Positions 60,267 to 64,000 of a DNA stretch of 64,000 nucleotides are shown in pieces. The notes beneath the pieces are model-generated. The model did not search any database, was not told where the DNA came from, and saw nothing but the letters and a program-made list of their open reading frames with translations. The translations under genes were made by a program, and so were the position numbers. Every line of letters begins with the position of its first letter. Within the stretch, counting starts at the first letter, position 1. Source of the DNA: Thermoplasmatales archaeon (GTDB lineage Archaea > Thermoplasmatota > E2 > DHVEG-1); NCBI GenBank assembly GCA_030672305.1, contig DAOVGR010000064.1, forward strand, positions 33,080-97,079, read 5' to 3'.

Positions 60267-61223
60267 ATGGTTCTTGTTTTTTCAGATGATAAAAAATTAA
60301 CATTTGAGTTACTCAATAAAGGTAGTGAACTTGCAAAGGAGCTCGGTGAAAAACTCACAGCAGTTATTATCGGAAAAACTGATGACACACTTTCAAAAGA
60401 GTATATTTCGTATGGTGCAGATAAAGTGTTTGTCGCAGAAACAGATATTGATACTTTTAAGGCTGAAGAATATGCAAATTATTTTGAAAATATTATTAAA
60501 GAGACTAATTCAGAAACAATTATTATTGGATCAAATAAAAATGGTAAAGAATTAGCATCACGTTTAGCCGGCAGATTGGATGTTGGGTGCATTATTGATT
60601 GTACTAATATATATTTGAAAGATAAGAAATTGACTTCTGAACGTATTGTTTATAGTGGAAATGCAATTGCAGTTGAACAATTCAACTCTAAACCAGCAAT
60701 AATTACAGTTCCTTCAAAAGTATTTGATCCGTTACCAAAGGATGACTCAAGAAAGGGAGAGATAACAAAAAAGAAGTTTGATGTTGAAAAATCAGCATCC
60801 AAGATATTGAAAGTTCAAGAAATGAAAAGTGAAGATGTAAATGTTGAAGATGCTGAAATCATTGTTTCATGTGGTCGTGGATTTAAAAATAAAGAAGATA
60901 TCAAAATGGTTAAGGATTTAGCAGAGGCTATAAAAGGTAAAACTGTTGGGTGCAGTAGACCTATTGCTGCTGACTTAAAATGGCTTTCTGAAGATCATTG
61001 GATTGGATTATCAGGTCATAAGGTAAAACCTAAACTCTATATTGCTGCTGGTATTTCTGGTCAAATACAACACATTGCTGGAATGAGAGACTCAGGAATA
61101 ATTGTTGCAATTAATAAAGATCCAGATGCATTAATTTTTAAATCTGCTGATTATGGAATTGTAGGTGATCTTTATGAGGTTTTACCAAAGTTAACAAGTG
61201 CTGTAAAAGAAAAAATTGGATAA
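60267..61223 (+). CDS. etfA: Electron transfer flavoprotein alpha subunit
   Basis: GCSRP, IGLSG, GISGQIQH, AINKD. Confidence 0.95.
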   Translation: MVLVFSDDKKLTFELLNKGSELAKELGEKLTAVIIGKTDDTLSKEYISYGADKVFVAETDIDTFKAEEYANYFENIIKETNSETIIIGSNKNGKELASRLAGRLDVGCIIDCTNIYLKDKKLTSERIVYSGNAIAVEQFNSKPAIITVPSKVFDPLPKDDSRKGEITKKKFDVEKSASKILKVQEMKSEDVNVEDAEIIVSCGRGFKNKEDIKMVKDLAEAIKGKTVGCSRPIAADLKWLSEDHWIGLSGHKVKPKLYIAAGISGQIQHIAGMRDSGIIVAINKDPDALIFKSADYGIVGDLYEVLPKLTSAVKEKIG

Positions 61224-61349
61224 AACATACAATCTTCGTTAAAAGATTGGTTTAACCATTGTTCAAGGGGGTATAAGGTTATTAGTAGAGAGATAGATAG
61301 AAAGCTTATTTCTAAAATACCTAAGGATAAGCTAGCTGATTTTATTTTT

Positions 61350-61817
61350 ATGCATTTAAGAAATATGTGGGCTGTAGATGGATTATATTACCTTGGAATC
61401 GAAGAGTCTATTGGAACTGAGGTTGCAACTGAAATTGATAGAAAAGTATGGGATGTAATGGGTAGGATTGAGGCTCAGCGAATAAAAAAGCTTTTTAATA
61501 TTACTGGTACAGACATAAAGTCTATGATCAAAGCTCTTGGTTATTCTGGATGGGCTCTTGATCTTGAGGATAAAGAAATATTTGTTGAAAAAAATAAGGC
61601 AATTGTTAGAAATACTAAATGTCGAGTTCAAAATACAAGGATTAAAAAAGGATTAATAGAATTTGGTTGTAAACCAGTTAGATTTGGATTTCTAAAGGCT
61701 TTTGCTAAAGAGTTTAATCCAAATATTGTTGTAACTTGTAATGTCTGTCCACCTGATAATCATCCTGAGGACCTTTGGTGTGAATGGGAGTTTAAAATGA
61801 AGGGAAATAAAATATGA
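61350..61817 (+). CDS. Conserved hypothetical protein (DUF6125-like)
   Basis: MWAVDGLYY and terminal CPPD...WCEWEF motif. Confidence 0.65.
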   Translation: MHLRNMWAVDGLYYLGIEESIGTEVATEIDRKVWDVMGRIEAQRIKKLFNITGTDIKSMIKALGYSGWALDLEDKEIFVEKNKAIVRNTKCRVQNTRIKKGLIEFGCKPVRFGFLKAFAKEFNPNIVVTCNVCPPDNHPEDLWCEWEFKMKGNKI

Positions 61818-63271
61818 AAACATCAGATGAATATAAAAAAAGTCTAAAAAAAATGAGACCAAATATTTACAAATTTGGTAAATTAATAAAGGATGTAACT
61901 ACTCATCCTGCAACTAAAAGGACAGTTGAAGGTCATGCACAAATATTTGACGCTGCTAAAGATGATGAATACAAAGATATTCTTACGACAAAGTCGAGCC
62001 TAACGGGAAAAAGAATCTCTAGGTATCTTTCTATTATAAACAGTGCTGAGGATATGATTTCAAATGTTCGTATGAAACGGCTTATGTTTAATTTAACAGG
62101 AACTTGTACAGGAGGAAGATGTGTAGGATTCAATGCACTAAATTCTATGTGGGCTACAACATATGATATGGATAAAGATTTAGGAACTGATTATCACAAA
62201 ATTCTTAGGAAATGGTTAATAGATGCCCAAGAAAGAGATATTACTCTTTCTGGTGCACTTACAGATCCAAAAGGTGAACGTTCATTATCTCCATCACAAC
62301 AAAAAGATCCAGATATGAATCTACATATCATTAAAAAGAGAGACGAGGGCATAGTTGTAAGAGGAGCAAAAGTAATGATCTGTGGTGTGGCTGCAGCAAA
62401 TGAAATTTTTGTTATGCCCGGATCAGGTTATAAAGAGGCTGATAAGGACTATTCAGTTTCTTTTGTAATACCAAGAGATATCGAAAATCTTACAATTGTT
62501 GAAACAAGAAGACCTAGTGATGAAAGAGAACTCAGTGAAGGTTTTGACAATCCTGTTAATATTGGTGGTATTACACAAGCATATCTTTTATTTGAGGATG
62601 TATTTATACCAAAAGAAAGAGTTTTTATGTGTGGAGAGTTTGATTATTCAAATAAAGCAGTTTTGAATTTTATTGCTCCATATAGAACTGCTATTGGTGG
62701 CTGTGTTGCTGGTCAAGGAGATGTTATGATAGGTGCTGCAGCATTGATGGCACGAGCAAACGGTCTATCAGAAAAGGTTTTTAGAGAAAAAATAACACAG
62801 ATGATAATTAACAATGAAACAACCTTTGGAATGGGTGTAGCAGCTGGAATTCTTGGAAAGAAACATCCATCAGGAGTATGGATTCCAAACCAATTAATTT
62901 CAAATGTAAATAAGGTACATGTTGCTACACTTCCTTATGACACAAAACGTTTAACACAGGAGATATCTGGTGGAATTGCTGAAACAGGATGTTTACCTTC
63001 ATGCAGAGATATTAACGACTCAAGATATGGTGATCTTCTTAAGAAATATTTGAAGGCAAATTGTTCTGGGGAATCTCGTGCAAAGATTGCAAGACTTATT
63101 GAGTGGTTGACTATCGGTTCAGGTGTACCAGGTTGTATGCATGGAGGAGGTTCGCCAGAAGGTGCTAAGTTAATGATTAACGCAAAAACAGATATCAATA
63201 ATTACATCGATCTTGCAAAACGTCTTGCAAATATAAAAGAGGATATTAAAGTTAAAAACAACAAGAAATAA
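61814..63271 (+). CDS. 4-hydroxybutyryl-CoA dehydratase / HpaB-family homolog, divergent
   Basis: GTCTGGRC, GALTDPKG, RGAK, GGC, MHGGGSP. Confidence 0.85.
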   Translation: MKTSDEYKKSLKKMRPNIYKFGKLIKDVTTHPATKRTVEGHAQIFDAAKDDEYKDILTTKSSLTGKRISRYLSIINSAEDMISNVRMKRLMFNLTGTCTGGRCVGFNALNSMWATTYDMDKDLGTDYHKILRKWLIDAQERDITLSGALTDPKGERSLSPSQQKDPDMNLHIIKKRDEGIVVRGAKVMICGVAAANEIFVMPGSGYKEADKDYSVSFVIPRDIENLTIVETRRPSDERELSEGFDNPVNIGGITQAYLLFEDVFIPKERVFMCGEFDYSNKAVLNFIAPYRTAIGGCVAGQGDVMIGAAALMARANGLSEKVFREKITQMIINNETTFGMGVAAGILGKKHPSGVWIPNQLISNVNKVHVATLPYDTKRLTQEISGGIAETGCLPSCRDINDSRYGDLLKKYLKANCSGESRAKIARLIEWLTIGSGVPGCMHGGGSPEGAKLMINAKTDINNYIDLAKRLANIKEDIKVKNNKK

Positions 63272-63378
63272 AATTTTTAATTATAAATAAGATATTTTGC
63301 TATTAAATCATTTTTTAATTTTATAGAGATATATTTTTAAACTAGTGTGTTTATATTCATTTTGGGGACTATATTACT

Positions 63379-63522
63379 ATGAAAAAAGAGAACTGTCCAT
63401 TTTGTGGGCATAGATGGACTAGAAGCACACAAGAATCACCAGTTGAATGTCCAAGTTGTCATAGTAAATTTTATACTCAAGAAGAATTGGCAGAAAAAAG
63501 ACTTGAAAAAGATAACGGATAA
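63379..63522 (+). CDS. Small Zn-finger protein (not in track)
   Basis: CPFCGHRW...CPSC, 47 aa. Confidence 0.7.
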   Translation: MKKENCPFCGHRWTRSTQESPVECPSCHSKFYTQEELAEKRLEKDNG

Positions 63523-63616
63523 TCATTTACTTTGAATATGTTTTCATTTTGACATTTTTACCCACTAGATTTAAATATTATAATTCACAGAGATTATTCT
63601 GGTATGTGATAGTAAG

Positions 63617-63682
63617 ATTGGAGATATTTGGTATCTACCTATCTTACTGCCACGAGGAAATTGGAGATATTTGGTATCTACC
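63617..63682. repeat. Two exact 23-bp direct repeats with internal dyad, 43-bp period
   Basis: ATTGGAGATATTTGGTATCTACC at 63617 and 63660. Confidence 0.9.
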
Positions 63683-63739
63683 AATTTATCACTTGTGGCT
63701 TATTCATACCAAACAATTATTATTTTGAAATTAATTTTA

Positions 63740-63824
63740 CAGGTATAGACGATTTTTTGTTTATTTCACGAAATCGTGTATTTTTGTTACAAATGTTATA
63801 AAATCGCTAAAATTGTCTTAATCG
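63740..63824 (+). repeat. Copy of the element-1 subterminal sequence
   Basis: 72/85 identical to 7996-8080. Confidence 0.9.
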
Positions 63825-63843
63825 TTGCAATATTATGTTAATC

Positions 63844-63978
63844 TTAATTATCAAGTTCGAAAGCAGGGCAATTCTCATCACCAGTACATGTAGACTTCTT
63901 TAATGGTGAATATGAACAACGATCCCCTAGTTCTTCTTCTTTATACCACATACAATCTTTCCGATTACATTTTTTCAT
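63844..63978 (-). CDS. Small Cys-rich protein (not in track)
   Basis: MKKCNRKDCMWYKEEELGDRCSYSPLKKSTCTGDENCPAFELDN, 5 Cys. Confidence 0.55.
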   Translation of the reverse strand: MKKCNRKDCMWYKEEELGDRCSYSPLKKSTCTGDENCPAFELDN

Positions 63979-64000
63979 TTAAATCATGTCCTTTATTTCA

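Noticed and set aside
69-63198. Numerous nested or antisense ORFs in the track (e.g. 2533-2919, 18962-19264, 41000-41536, 46789-47436)
   Set aside because: They overlap well-supported genes on another strand or frame and lack motifs.

Overview
AT-rich archaeal chromosome window. Archaeal ribosomal proteins L40e/L18e/L41e, Rpo10, archaeal-type ProRS and TPI and an intron-containing tRNA-Trp are present; gene style suggests Thermoplasmatota, possibly a sediment lineage (inference). The host backbone carries housekeeping genes (1-7.9 kb, 19.0-21.2 kb, 36.5-37.0 kb), a secreted M14 peptidase, a multi-PAS histidine kinase, glycine cleavage P subunits, GlnA and a large acyl-CoA/B12-mutase catabolic cluster (49.5-63.3 kb). 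The main result is two related integrative elements. Element 1 spans 7925-19059 and is bounded by a 14-bp direct repeat in the 3' end of a DUF5611-like gene. Element 2 spans 21142-36469 and is bounded by an 8-bp direct repeat at the rps9 stop / rpo10 ribosome-binding site. They sit back to back around rpl18e-rpl13-rps9. Both share a syntenic core: tyrosine integrase, Sm-like protein, Zn-finger/P-loop replication protein with convergent iteron-like repeats, ASCH protein, a non-coding array of ~150-bp units, and a DUF2080-like gene. Each carries a pair of ~86-106-bp inverted, helically phased, palindrome-rich sites bracketing the core, and defence-like cargo at the distal end. An 85-bp copy of the element-1 terminal sequence at 63.7 kb suggests a third element begins at the window end. 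Protein family calls come from motif recognition, not database searches.
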